A DNA stretch of 64,000 bases from Macrostomum lignano (taxonomy: Eukaryota), in NCBI GenBank assembly GCA_002269645.1, contig NIVC01000045.1, positions 484,892-548,891 on the forward strand, written 5' to 3'. A program made the position numbers and the translations under genes. The notes under the pieces are model-generated. The model saw only the letters and a list, made by a program, of their open reading frames with translations, did not search any database and had not been told where the DNA came from. Position 1 is the first letter of the stretch; every line of letters starts with the position of its first letter. This document shows, piece by piece, positions 27,185 to 41,079 of this stretch.

Positions 27185-28025
27185 GTTGTGGCATCACTTG
27201 TGGCGCCATATTAGCATCACTTGTGGCGCCATATTAGCATCAGTTGTGGCGCCATATTAGCATCAGTTATGGCGCCATATTAGCATCAGTTGTGGCGCCA
27301 TATTAGCATCAGTTGTGGCGCCATAATAACATTATTTGTGGCGCCATATTAGCATCAGTTGTGGCGCCATATTAGCATCAGTTGTGGCGCCATATTAGCA
27401 TGAGTTGTGGTGCCATATTAGCATGAGTTGTGGCGCCATATTAGCATGAGTTGTGGCGCCATATTAGCATGAGTTGTGGCGCCATATTAGCTTCAGTTGT
27501 GGCGCGATGTTAGCATCAGTTGTGGCGCAATATTAGCATGAGTTGTGGCGCCATATTGGCATGAGTTGTGGCGCCATATTGGCATGAGTTGTGGCGCCAT
27601 ATTAGCACGAGTTGTGGCGCCATATAAGCATTAGTTGTGGCGCCATATTAGCATGAGTTGTGGCGCCATATTAGCATCATTTCTGGCGCCATATTAGCAT
27701 TAGTTGTGGCGCCATATTAGCATGAGTTGTGGTGCCATATTAGCATGAGTTGTGGCACCATATTGGCATGAGTTGTGGCGCCATATTGGCATGAGTTGTG
27801 GCGCCATATTAGCACGAGTTGTGGCGCCATATTAGCATGAGTTGTGGCGCCATATTAGCATGAGTTGTGGCGCCATATTAGCATCAGTTGTGGCGCCATA
27901 TTAGCATGAGTTGTGGCGCCATATTAGCATCAGTTGTGGCGCCATATTAGCATGAGTTGTGGCGCCATATTAGCACGAGTTGTGGCGCCATATTAGCATC
28001 AGCTGTGGCGCCATATTAGCATCAG
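27185..28025. repeat. 23-bp minisatellite (gttgtggcgccatattagcat[c/g]a)
   Basis: About 36 tandem units with no unique spacers. Confidence 0.95.
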
Positions 28026-28424
28026 TTTTAGTAAATATGATTTATAAAAAACATTATTATCTGACCAGGGCGAGATTCTTCAAGACACGCTACAGATTTT
28101 TTTCTACATTGTATGCTTTTTTTATTTTTCGAGTTCATCCGTTGAGTAGCACGCCAGCCTCCTTCATCAGGATTAAGATGCACCTTCGAGTTCAAGCATG
28201 TCCCTTTATTAAAATCCGCCTATTGAGGGAAATAATCCTCACAGGATTAACGGGGGATAATCCGCGGAATAAATCCTTTTCAAAAGAAGAACACCTGGAA
28301 TTTCGTCAACAAACAGCTTCCTCAGGATGCAGAAAGAAATGCCAGAGCTGAACTGCCCAGGCACCTTGGGGCTGTGGAATGTTTTGAAAATAAGTCACAA
28401 GAGGTTGGCCGCCTGTCTCTAATA

Positions 28425-30700
28425 AGTGTCAGATATTTCAAATTAGTGTCAGATATTTCCAATAGGTATGTCAGATATTTCAAATTAGTGTCAGATATTT
28501 CAAATAAGTGTCAGATATTTCAAATTGGTGACAGATATTTCAAATTAGTGTCAGATATTTCAAATTGGTGTCAGATATTTCAAATTGGTGTCAGATATTT
28601 CAAATTGGTGTCAGATATTTCAAATTAGTGTCAGATATTTCAAATTAGTGTCAGATATTTCAAATTGGTTTCAGTTATTTTAAATTGGTGTCAGATATTT
28701 CAAATTAGTGTCAGATATTTCAAATTGGTTTCAGTTATTTTAAATTGGTGTCAGATACTTCAAATTGGTGTCAGATATTTCAAATTGGTGTCAGATATTT
28801 CAAATTAGTGTCAGATATTTCAAATTGGTTTCAGTTATTTTAAATTGGTGTCAGATACTTCAAATTGGTGTCAGATATTTCAAATTGGTGTCAGATACTT
28901 CAAATTGGTGTCAGATATTTCAAATTGGTGTCAGATATTTCAAATTGGTGTCAGATATTTCAAATTGGTGTCAGATATTTCAAATTGGTGTCAGATATTT
29001 CAAATTAGTGTCAGATATTTCAAATTGGTTTCAGTTATTTTAAATTGGTGTCAGATACTTCAAATTGGTGTCAGATATTTCAAATTGGTGTCAGATATTC
29101 AAATTGGTGTCAGATATTTCAAATTAGTGTCAGATATTTCAAATTGGTTTCAGTTATTTTAAATTGGTGTCAGATACTTCAAATTGGTGTCAGATATTTC
29201 AAATTGGTGTCAGATACTTCAAATTGGTGTCAGATATTTAAATTGGTGTCAGATATTTCAAATTGGTGTCAGATATTTCAAATTGGTTTCAGTTATTTTA
29301 AATTGGTGTCAGATATTTTAAATTGGTGTCAGATATTTCAAACTGGTGTCAGATATTTCAAATTGGTGTCAGATATTTCAAATTAGTGTCAGATATTTCA
29401 AATTGGTGTCAGATATTTCTAATTCGTGTCAGATATTTCTAATTCGTGTCAGATATTTCAAATTGGTGTCAGATATTTCAAATTAGTGTCAGATATTTCA
29501 AATTGGTTTCAGTTATTTTAAATTGGTGTCAGATACTTCAAATTGGTGTCAGATATTTCAAATTGGTGTCAGATATTTCAAATTAGTGTCAGATATTTCA
29601 AATTGGTTTCAGTTATTTTAAATTGGTGTCAGATACTTCAAATTGGTGTCAGATATTTCAAATTGGTGTCAGATATTTCAAATTGGTGTCAGATATTTCA
29701 AATTGGTGTCAGATACTTCAAATTGGTGTCAGATATTTCAAATTGGTGTCAGATATTTCAAATTGGTGTCAGATATTTCAAATTGGTGTCAGATATTTCA
29801 AATTGGTGTCAGATATTTCAAATTAGTGTCAGATATTTCAAATTGGTGTCAGATACTTCAAATTGGTGTCAGATACTTCAAATTGGTGTCAGATATTTCA
29901 AATTGGTGTCAGATATTCAAATTGGTGTCAGATATTTCAAATTAGTGTCAGATATTTCAAATTGGTTTCAGTTATTTTAAATTGGTGTCAGATACTTCAA
30001 ATTGGTGTCAGATATTTCAAATTGGTGTCAGATACTTCAAATTGGTGTCAGATATTTAAATTGGTGTCAGATATTTCAAATTGGTGTCAGATATTTCAAA
30101 TTGGTTTCAGTTATTTTAAATTGGTGTCAGATATTTTAAATTGGTGTCAGATATTTCAAACTGGTGTCAGATATTTCAAATTGGTGTCAGATATTTCAAA
30201 TTAGTGTCAGATATTTCAAATTGGTGTCAGATATTTCTAATTCGTGTCAGATATTTCTAATTCGTGTCAGATATTTCAAATTGGTGTCAGATATTTCTAA
30301 TTCGTGTCAGATATTTCAACTTGGTGTCAGATATTTCAAATTAGTGTCAGATATTTCAATTTGGTGTCAGATATTTCGAATTAGTGTCAGATCTTTCAAC
30401 TTGGTGTCAGATATTTCAAATTAGTGTCAGATATTTCAACTTGGTGTCAGATATTTCGAATTAGTGTCAGGTCAGTTATTCTAAATTAGTGTCAAACATT
30501 TCAATTTAGTGTCAGGTATTTCAAATTCGTGTCAGATATTTCAAATTCGTGTCAGATATTTCAAATTGGTGTCAGATATTTCAAATTAGTGTCAGGTCAG
30601 ATATTCTAAATTAATGTCAGATATTTCGAATTATTGTCAGGTATTTCAAATTGGTGTCAGATATTTTAAATTGGTGTCAGATATTTCAAATTGGTGTCAA
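28425..30700. repeat. 20-bp minisatellite (gtgtcagatatttcaaatt[g/a]) with an 818-bp higher-order duplication
   Basis: More than 100 units. ORF-track entries 29045-29386 and 29863-30204 translate identically. Confidence 0.95.
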
Positions 30701-30939
30701 GAGCATCAAGCGGTACTTAAATCAAAAATGCACCTTAGCAGATTGGGTCTCAGCTCCCAGCTTATGTGAGCCCAATGAATTGTCAGCTGCACAATGTCTA
30801 CAGAATTTTAACAAAACAAAACAGGTTTTTGTATCGAACGACGCCGGCATGTTTTTTAGAGAATAAAAATAGGGCGCTTTCTGATGTTGGTGTTTTTTAG
30901 CCCTTTTACCTCGCAACAGGCGTTTTGAAATCATGACAA

Positions 30940-32090
30940 TATGTGTCAGATGTATCACAATCTGTGTCAGAGGTATCACAATCTGTCAGAGGTGCATCAC
31001 AATCTGTGTCAGATGCACCACAATCTGTGTCAGAGGTATCACAATCTGTGTCAGAGGTGCATCACAATCTGTGTCAGATGTATCACATTCTGTGTCAGAT
31101 GTATCACAATCTGTGTCAGAGGTGCATTACAATCTGTGTCAGATATATCACAATCTGTGTCAGATGTATCACAATCTGTGTCAGATGTATCACAATCTGT
31201 GTCAGAGGTATCACAATCTGTGTCAGAGGTGCATCACAATCTGTGTCAGATGCACCACAATCTGTGTCAGAGGTATCACAATCTGTGTCAAAGGTGCATT
31301 ACAATCTGTGTCAGATATATCACAATCTGTGTCAGATGTATCACAATCTGTGTCAGATGTATCACAATCTGTGTCAGATGCATCACAATCTGTGTCAGAT
31401 GTATCACAATCTGTGTCAGATGCATCACAATCTGTGTCAGATGTATCACAATCTGTGTCAGAGGTATCACAACCTGTGTCAGATGTATGACATTCTGTGT
31501 CAGATGTATCACAATCTGTGTCAGATGCATCACAATCTGTGTCAGATGTATCACAATCTGTGTCAGATGCATCACAATCTGTGTCAGATGTATGACATTC
31601 TGTGTCAGATGCATCACAATCTGTGTCAGATGCATCACAATCTGTGTCAGATGCATCACAATCTGTGTCAGATGCACCACAATCTGTGTCAGATGCATCA
31701 CAATCTGTGTCAGATGCATCATAATCTGTGTCAGATGTATCACAATCTGTGTCAGATGCATCACAATCTGTGTCAGATGTATCACAATCTGTGTCAGATG
31801 CATCACAATCTGTGTCAGATGCATCACAATCTGTGTCAGATGCATCACAATCTGTGTCAGATGCATCACAATCTGTGTCAGATGTATCACAATCTGTGTC
31901 AGATGCATCACAATCTGTGTCAGATGTATCACAATCTGTGTCAGAGGTATCACAACCTGTGTCAGATGTATGACATTCTGTGTCAGATGAACCACAGTCT
32001 GTGTCAGATGTATCACAATCATTGTCAGATGTATCAAAATTTGTGTCAGATGTATCACAATCTGTGTCAGATGCAACATGAACTGTGTCA
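30940..32090. repeat. 21-bp minisatellite (tcacaatctgtgtcagatg[c/t]a)
   Basis: About 54 units. Confidence 0.95.
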
Positions 32091-32529
32091 GCATGTCTCT
32101 CCTTTTTAAATTGCTCAACATTGTGATAGCTAAGACGCACCCATCATTTTTTCCAGATTTAAACTGACCATAAATTTTTATATTCATTGACAGTAAAACT
32201 ATTGCGTGTCTCGAAATTCCCAAAAAAATCTGTCTCCAATTTCTAAGAATTTTCAGTTGAACGCAGCATCCGGCAGGATGCCGTGTTGCCAATGCGTTTT
32301 ATTGACAAAATATGCCATTTCAAAGCATTGAATAGTGGCTTAAACTGATTGACATTCGACATGAATTTGCTAGGATTAAAAATTCCAAACAAATAAAATT
32401 CTCCGCGATTGCATTTCGGCAATTCAATTCTTCATCCAGTAAAACAAAAAGATGATTTCTTTTGAAATGCTGGAATTTTCATTAACATTACACAGCCGCT
32501 CTACTCTGATTGTTTATCCACAAACAGCT

Positions 32530-33615
32530 CCTCCCCATCTGCCCCTTCCTCCCCATCCGCCCCTTCCTCTCCATCCGCCCCTTCCTCTCCATCCGCCCCT
32601 TCCTCTCCATCCGCCCCTTCCTCTCCATCCGCCCCTTCCTCCCCATCCGCCCCTTCCTCCCCATCCGCCCCTTCCTCCCCATCCGCCCCTTCCTCTCCAT
32701 CCGCCCCTTCCTCCCCATCCGCCCCTTCCTCCCCATCCGCCCCTTCCTCCCCATCCGCCCCTTCCTCTCCATCCGCCCCTTCTTCCTCATTCCGCCCCTT
32801 CCTCCCCATCCGCCCCTTCCTCCCCATCCGCCCCTTCCTCCCCATCCGCCCCTTCCTCCCCATCCGCCCCTTCCTCCCCATCCACCCCTTCCTCCCCATC
32901 CGCCCCTTCCTCCCCATCCGCCCTTCCTCTCATCCGCCCCTTCCTCTCCATCCGCCCCTTCCTCTCCATCCGCCCCTTCCTCTCCATCCGCCCCTTCCTC
33001 TCCATCCGCCCCTTCCTCCCCATCCGCCCCTTCCTCCCCATCCGCCCCTTCCTCTCCATCCGCCCCTTCCTCTCCATCCGCCCCTTCCTCCCCATCCGCC
33101 CCTTCCTCCCCATCCGCCCCTTCCTCCCCATCCGCCCCTTCCTCTCCATCCGCCCCTTCCTCCCCATCCGCCCCTTCCTCCCCATCCGCCCCTTCCTCCC
33201 CATCCGCCCCTTCCTCCCATCCGCCCCTTCCTCTCCATCCGCCCCTTCCTCCCCATCCGCCCCTTCCTCCCCATCCGCCCCTTCCTCCCCATCCGCCCCT
33301 TCCTCTCCATCCGCCCCTTCTTCCTCATTCCGCCCCTTCCTCCCCATCCGCCCCTTCCTCCCCATCCGCCCCTTCCTCCCCATCCGCCCCTTCCTCCCCA
33401 TCCGCCCCTTCCTCCCCATCCACCCCTTCCTCCCCATCCGCCCCTTCCTCCCCATCCGCCCCTTCCTCCCCATCCGCCCCTTTCTCCTTTCCGCCCTTCT
33501 TCCTCATCCGCCCCTTCCTCTCCATCCGCCCCTTCCTCCCCATCCGCCCCTTCCTCCCCATCCGCCCCTTTCTCCCCATCCGCCCTTCTTCCTCATCCGC
33601 CCCTTCCTCCCCATC
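32530..33615. repeat. 18-bp C-rich minisatellite (ccatccgccccttcctc[c/t])
   Basis: About 60 units; the minus strand is G-rich. Confidence 0.95.
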
Positions 33616-34157
33616 CGGCTTTTACTACATTATCCTCTAAGTTGCCTTGCAATTTCACAGACCCACAGAATCTTCCTCCACAAAAAATTAACCCTTCAAT
33701 TATGAATCCATTTGCTCAGGTAAGAGATGGCAGCCAGCCGTCAGGTCGCCGCTACCTGTCCCCAATTAACTGGGGTCGGGAGAGAGAACTTGAAATTGGA
33801 ACTTTGTCACGGCCCCGCGGCGGGCAGAGACAGAGCAGACTGATAAGAAGACACGCGATTTATAAAATCAGAAGACGAGAGAGAGAAAAAAACTGATTCT
33901 TGCCGCCGTGCGAAACTGCAGTTTGCGATCACTGGGCTGGCCAAGGCACGTCTGATGAGGAAGCGAAACACCTGGGCGTGGAAGGAAGGAATGAGGCGAG
34001 AGGGGAAGTCGAGTGAGGCGGCTGGAGAACTCTGCCTCCTGCGCGTGATATTTTCAGTTCCAGACTGGCTGCTCAGGGGGGGTCAACTCACGATCCCGCT
34101 GCTGCTGGCTTTCTCTGCTTATGGAGATTAGGAATTTGATTGAATTATCTGACTGCA

Positions 34158-34890
<733 letters not shown>

Positions 34891-35437
34891 GTCAATACTA
34901 ATCATGAAAGCCACTTTAATGTCAAAATTCTGTCCCACAATTGTCCAGACTGCGACTCTGGAAAGCCACACAAACGTGACACAAAGAGCCGCCAGTGTGC
35001 GGGACTACCTGCTCGCCTGCCTCTCCATTGTTGAGTCAATCGGATCCTGGCAAATAAACATGACTAACGCGCGAATTTGAATAGGCGCTTTTCTTTGACA
35101 AAAAATTGGCAGAAAATGTACCCCCTGCTTCCCCTCTTGAACCGGAAGCTGAGTACTGCTGCTTTGCAGAAAAAGTCCCTACCCAGCTATTGTACTCTGA
35201 ATCTTGATAGCCATGGTCTACAGGAAATGCCAACAGCATTTTTATGGCGCAGAAGCTCAATGTGTGCATGAAGCAGCTCAGTCTGCGATGAAATTTCTTG
35301 TTTCAATAATTAATATGCGAGTAAGAATGCACTGGAGATCTTTATTGGCGTGGGATTATACAAGCTGAATTACTGTTTTCGATAAAAGTCCCAATTTTCG
35401 GAACTGCCTGTACAGTATTATTGGAACCGATACAGAT

Positions 35438-36200
35438 CACCCCTCAGACCCCAGTTACTCTCTGCCCCAGCCCGCACATCCGACCCACCACCCCTCAGAC
35501 CCCAGTTTCTCTCTGCCCCAGCCCGCACATCCGACCCACCATCCCCTCAGACGCCAGTTTCTCTCTGCCCCAGCCCGCACATCCGACCCACCGTCCCCTC
35601 AGACCCCAGTTACTCTCTGCCCCAGCCCGCACATCCGACCCACCACCCCTCAGACCCCAGTTTCTCTCTGCCCCAGCCCGCACATCCGACCCACCACCCC
35701 TCAGACCCCAGTTTCTCTCTGCCCCAGCCCGCACATCCGACCCACCACCCCTCAGACCCCAGTTTCTCTCTGCCCAGCCCGCACATCCGACCCACCACCC
35801 CTCAGACCCCAGTTTCTCTCTGCCCCAGCCCGCACATCCGACCCACCACCCTCAGACCCCAGTTTCTCTCTGCCCCAGCCCGCACATCCGACCCACCACC
35901 CCTCAGACCCCAGTTTCTCTCTGCCCCAGCCCGCACATCCGACCCACCATCCCTCAGACCCCAGTTTCTCTCTGCCCCAGCCCGCACATCCGACCCACCA
36001 CCCCTCAGACCCCAGTTTCTCTCTGCCCCAGCCCGCACATCCGACCCACCATCCCTCAGACCCCAGTTTCTCTCTGCCACAGCCCGCACATCCGACCCAC
36101 CATCCCTCAGACCCCAGTTTCTCTCTGCCACAGCCCGCACATCCGACCCACCACCCCTCAGACCCCAGTTTCTCTCTGCCACAGCCGTACATCCGACCCA
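35438..36200. repeat. 51-bp minisatellite (cccctcagaccccagtttctctctgccccagcccgcacatccgacccacca)
   Basis: About 15 tandem units. Confidence 0.95.
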
Positions 36201-36549
36201 CTTCACTTTCAGCACTTGAAATGTCTCTAAAATTACATCAAATCTCTTAGAGATGCAAAGCCAGGTGTTCTATTTGCGGAAGGTGATATTGTGTCACGCA
36301 GTCAAAACATGACAAGCACAGATTTATGAATATTAAATATGCAAACAAACTCTCCACAAAGCCAGATTGCTGCTATCCACAGATGTTTTCTGTCTATCCT
36401 TGCTTTTCACAGGTGGACAATCATTTCGACTGGGTTCGTGACTGTAAATATTTCTAGGGTCTGAATTAGGAGAAACAGATTTGTAGCGAATTTATGCATG
36501 GTTGGCTGGCTTGGGGTGTTTGTAATCATGCGGGGCCAGCTCTGACTTG

Positions 36550-36960
36550 GTAACCTCTCCCCACCCCCTAGTTAACCCCTACCTCTACTTAAAACACCCC
36601 CACCGCTAGTTAATCTCTCCCGCCACACCTATTTAACCCCTCCGCCTCCTAGTAACCCACACCTAGTAACCCCCATCCCATAGTAACCTCCATACCCATA
36701 GTAACCCTCCAGACCCCTAGTAACCCCTTAGCCCCCTAGTAACCCCTCAGACACCTAGTAACCCCTCAGACACCTAGTAACCCCTCAGACACCTAGTAAC
36801 CCCTCAGACACCTAGTAACCCCTCAGACACCTAGTAACCCCTCAGACACCTAGTAACCCCTCAGACACCTAGTAACCCCCACAGTCCCGTAGCAACTCCT
36901 TAGCCCCCGTAGTAACCCCCGAGCCCCCCTAGTAACCCTCAGCCCCTAGTAACCCCCCAC
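36550..36960. repeat. 19-bp minisatellite (ctagtaacccctcagacac) with degenerate flanks
   Basis: Seven to eight clean central units; shares cccctcagac with the 51-bp unit. Confidence 0.85.
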
Positions 36961-37561
36961 CAGCCCCCAAGCTGCCAAGCTATCTCGTTTACAACCCATT
37001 TCACAGAAGCAGATACGTGAAATACAATCTCTCAGACTTCAAGACAGAAAGACAAGTACAAGCTCGACTTGCCGTTCGTTCCGCGCTTGTTCTTTCTTGT
37101 CTTTGGATCAGCTCAATTAATCCCTGGCGTGCATCCAATCCAGCTACCCGGCGCCACTACCCGCTGTGCTATCTTGAGTTGTTCCTCAGCTAATTTTAAA
37201 CCTCTCTCTCTGTGCCCGTGTCCGCCTGTCACCGGGTCTGTTCCCTCGTGCCGTCTCGGATAGCTAATCTGGATTGAGCTAGCTAGGAGGTAACTCGGCG
37301 CAGAGCTGTCTCAGACGGATCAGGCATAGAGAACTCGATCTTTGTCAGTTCCCTAGCTGCTGCTTTAATTTCGTTTCCCTTTCTTTCATCGCACGAGCCT
37401 GAGAACTCACCTTTATTCCCTCTGCCTTAGCCTGAGTTTCCGGCTATTACTAAATGTAAGCCTGCTTGTTGCACCTTTGCGTCCTTAGGCATTAAGAATT
37501 TTGAGGATTTTAAAGCCTACAAGCTGAGTGTCAAGAGCAGGATTTTAGTTAGATGCCAAGA

Positions 37562-38500
37562 TGGATTTGAGGCTTCAAATGAGGATTTGGATTTGAGGCT
37601 CCAAATGAGGATTTGGATTTGAGGCTCCAAATGAGGATTTGGATTTGAGGCTCCAAATGAGGATTTGGATTTGAGGCTTCAAATGAGGATTTGGATTTGA
37701 GGCTTCAAATGAGGATTTGGATTTGAGGCTTCAAATGAGGATTTGGATTTGAGGCTTCAAATGAGGATTTGGATTTGAGGCTTCAAATGAGGATTTTGAT
37801 TTGAGGCTTCAAATGAGGATTTGGATTTGAGGCTTCAAATGAGGATTTTGATTTGAGGCTTCAAATGAGGATTTGGATTTGAGGCTTCAAATGAGGATTT
37901 GGATTTGAGGCTTCAAATGAGGATTTGGATTTGAGGCTTCAAATGAGGATTTGGATTTGTGGCTTCAAATGAGGATTTTGATTTGAGGCTTCAAATGAGG
38001 ATTTGGATTTGAGGCTCCAAATGAGGATTTGGATTTGAGGCTTCAAATGAGGATTTGGATTTGAGGCTTCAAATGAGGATTTGGATTTGAGGCTCCAAAT
38101 GAGGATTTGGATTTGAGGCTCCAAATGAGGATTTGGATTTGAGGCTTCAAATGAGGATTTGGATTTGAGGCTCCAAATGAGGATTTGGATTTGAGGCTTC
38201 AAATGAGGATTTGGATTTGAGGCTTCAAATGAGGATTTGGATTTGAGGCTCCAAATGAGGATTTGGATTTGAGGCTCCAAATGAGGATTTGGATTTGAGG
38301 CTTCAAATGAGGATTTGGATTTGAGGCTTCAAATGAGGATTTGGATTTGAGGCTTCAAATGAGGATTTTGATTTGAGGCTTCAAATGAGGATTTGGATTT
38401 GAGGCTCCAAATGAGGATTTGCAATTGAGGCTCCAAATGATGATGGATTTAAAGCGCCATGTGAGCATGGATTTGAGGCGCCATGTGAGCATGGATTTGA
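37562..38500. repeat. 26-bp minisatellite (atgaggatttggatttgaggct[t/c]caa)
   Basis: About 33 units, ending about 300 bp upstream of the nuclear receptor ATG. Confidence 0.95.
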
Positions 38501-38786
38501 GGCTGACAGTCAATGTTCAGTCTTCTACTCAGTCCAACGTGACTGTCTTATCTTGTTTAAAATCCAAAATCAGAGATAAAGAAAAATATTAATCCCAAAT
38601 AAACATCCGATGCCTCCCAGCCAATGGCGGAGCGCCCAGCCGGAGTCCCAAAACCAGCCAATGAAAATGGCTTGGAAAGAACCGAGTTTAAAATACTTTA
38701 GCAGAGAACCCTGAGATCTTTTCAGCTGAGCAAACAAAGCTGGGATACTCTGAATCATTTGAAATCCCTCCAACTATATACTAGCC

Positions 38787-38879
38787 ATGTCCTGCCATCA
38801 GCCGCTAATGACGGTCCCGAGTTCGAATCCGTCATCTTCTGCAGTTTTGCTAGCATCGACAAATCAGCTGTCACCGGGT

Positions 38880-38912
<33 letters not shown>

Positions 38913-41055
38913 TCAGCTGTCTGCGTCGTGTGCCGGTCCGCAGGTGCCTCGCTGCACTACGGGGTGCTGACCTGCTCAGCCTGCATGAACTTCTTTCGCA
39001 GAACCGTGACGGAGAACCTGCAGTACCGCTGCCAGGAGGCGGGCAACTGCCAGCTGGCTGGGGTGGAGAATCGAACCAAGTGCCGCCAGTGCCGCTGGAA
39101 TCGCTGCCTGCTGGCGGGCATGCGGCCCGAGGGAGTCAGCGGAGCACCCGGCCAGATGCCGCCGCCACCGCCGCCTCCACCACCGCCGACGACGAGACTG
39201 CCGGCACAGTCGGGACTCCCGCAGCAGCAGCAGCAGCAGCAGCAATCTAGGTAGAATGGATTGCTAATCTATCTCTCACCTGATTAGAATGGATTGCTAA
39301 TCTATCTCTCACCTGATTAGAATGGATTGCTAATCTATCTCTCACCTGATTAGAATGGATTGCTAATCTATCTCTCACCTGATTAGAATGGATTGCTAAT
39401 CTATCTCTCAACTGATTAGAATGGATTGCTAATCTATCTCTCACCTGATTAGAATGGATTGCTAATCTGTCTCTCGCACAATGAGAATGGATTGCTAATC
39501 TATCTCATCCGTCAATCTAAAGCCTCAATCTCATCCTCACACCCAGGATCCCTGCAGGTCTTTCATTCATGCGGAGCCCCCAACAACAGCAGCAACAGCA
39601 GCAACAGATGGAGTTGCAGCTGTACACCAACCCATACCTGTACCACCTGTGCAACATCGACATCCGGATGCTGCAGCTGAACCTCACAGGCCGCCCTCAG
39701 GCCGCCAGCTTCTCTGGCTCGGCATCACAGAATCGCGATGTGGACGCCTGGCTCTGCCTCATCGAGGGTTTCGTAGGCGAGCTGATCCGCTGGTGCAAGG
39801 ATCTATCCGGCTTCAGTGCTCTGAAGTCTACGGACCAGTCGGCCCTGATCAGAGCCAACGGCACCAAGCTGCTCTGCTTCCAGGTGATCTGCAACTCGCT
39901 GCCATATCAGGGCTACCTGAGATTCAGCTCCAACTTCAGCCTGCACCAGGTAGTCAATCGGTGGTCTGGAACTCGGGGACAGTAGCTATGACCGGATGGA
40001 ACTCGGGGACAGTAGCTATGACCGGTTGGAACTCGGGGACAGTAGCTATGACCAGGTGGAACTCGGGGACAGTAGCTATGACCAGGTGGAACTCGGGGAC
40101 AGTAGCTATGACCGGATGGAACTCGGGGACAGTAGCTATGACCGGTTGGAACTCGGGGACAGTAGCTATGACCGGATGGAACTCGGGGACAGTAGCTATG
40201 ACCGGATGGAACTCGGGGACAGTAGCTATGACCGGATGGAACTCGGGGACAGTAGCTATGACCGGATGGAACTCGGGAACAGTAGCTATGACCAGGTGGA
40301 ACTATGATAACACTAGCTATGACCAGGTGGAACTATGATAACACTAGCTATGACCGGATGGAACTCGGGGACAGTAGCTATGACCAGGTGGAACTCGGGG
40401 ACAGTAGCTATGACCTGATGGAACTCGGGGACAGTAGCTATGACCAGGTGGAACTCGGGGAACTTTAGCCTTGGAGCAGCCAGTCTCACCGCAATTACTA
40501 TTTGGCAAATAAAATTCTGCTCTCAAAGAGAAATTTATTTCAATTTGAGGATAAAAAGTCAATTCATATTCAATCTCTCTGCATGTTACCAATCAGTCGC
40601 AATTAAATTCTGCAACAATTTACCAAAAATTTTAGCTGTAGAAAGAAAGAGAAAAAAAGCCAAGATAGATTCATGGCTACAATTATAAGAGTGCATGCAA
40701 TTTTTACCTCAATCAATTTTTTTCAATAATCTGTGAGCAGGTGACCACAAATTTCTGTTCACGACGGCTGTTCAAGAAGTTGGTGTCGCTGTGTCAGTAC
40801 GCCACGGAGCTGAGGGTTTCCTACTCAGAGCTGCTGCTGCTCAGGCCCATCTTCCTGCTCGACCCACCGCAGCACCTGCAGTGGGCGGGCATGCCGCAGA
40901 TTCGGGAACTGCAAAGCGGATTCCTCAGTCAGCTGATCAAGATTTGCCCGAGTGCCACCCGGCGGGAGCAACTGTTTCTGCTGCACAGGGAGCTGGCTGA
41001 CTGTTGGAAGCTCATTCTTGAGCACCTTGAGAACATTCTGGCTAGTAGTGGCTAA
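38787..41055 (+). CDS. Nuclear receptor (C4 zinc-finger DBD plus LBD), 3 exons: 38787-39250, 39547-39949, 40741-41055
   Basis: DBD CVVCRSAGASLHYGVLTCSACMNFFRR..CQEAGNC..RTKCRQCRWNRCLLAGM; LBD signature WCKDLSGFSALKSTDQSALIR and helix ELLLLRPIFLLDP. Phase-2 and phase-0 GT-AG introns keep the frame. Confidence 0.9.
39252..39510. repeat. 33-bp minisatellite (tagaatggattgctaatctatctctcacctgat) forming nearly all of nuclear receptor intron 1
   Basis: About 7 units beginning at the splice donor. Confidence 0.95.
39965..40460. repeat. 30-bp minisatellite (ggaactcggggacagtagctatgaccggat) in nuclear receptor intron 2
   Basis: About 16 units. Confidence 0.95.
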
Positions 41056-41079
41056 ATTTGCAGGAATGAGTCTCATGAT

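Noticed and set aside
27185-28025. CRISPR-like regular repeats (also at 48220 and 54135)
   Set aside because: Units are head-to-tail with no unique spacers, there are no cas genes, and the context is eukaryotic.
33952-33969. Hammerhead ribozyme core-like CTGATGAG-GAAG-CGAAAC
   Set aside because: I could not form stems I and III or find a correctly placed NUH cleavage triplet in either topology.
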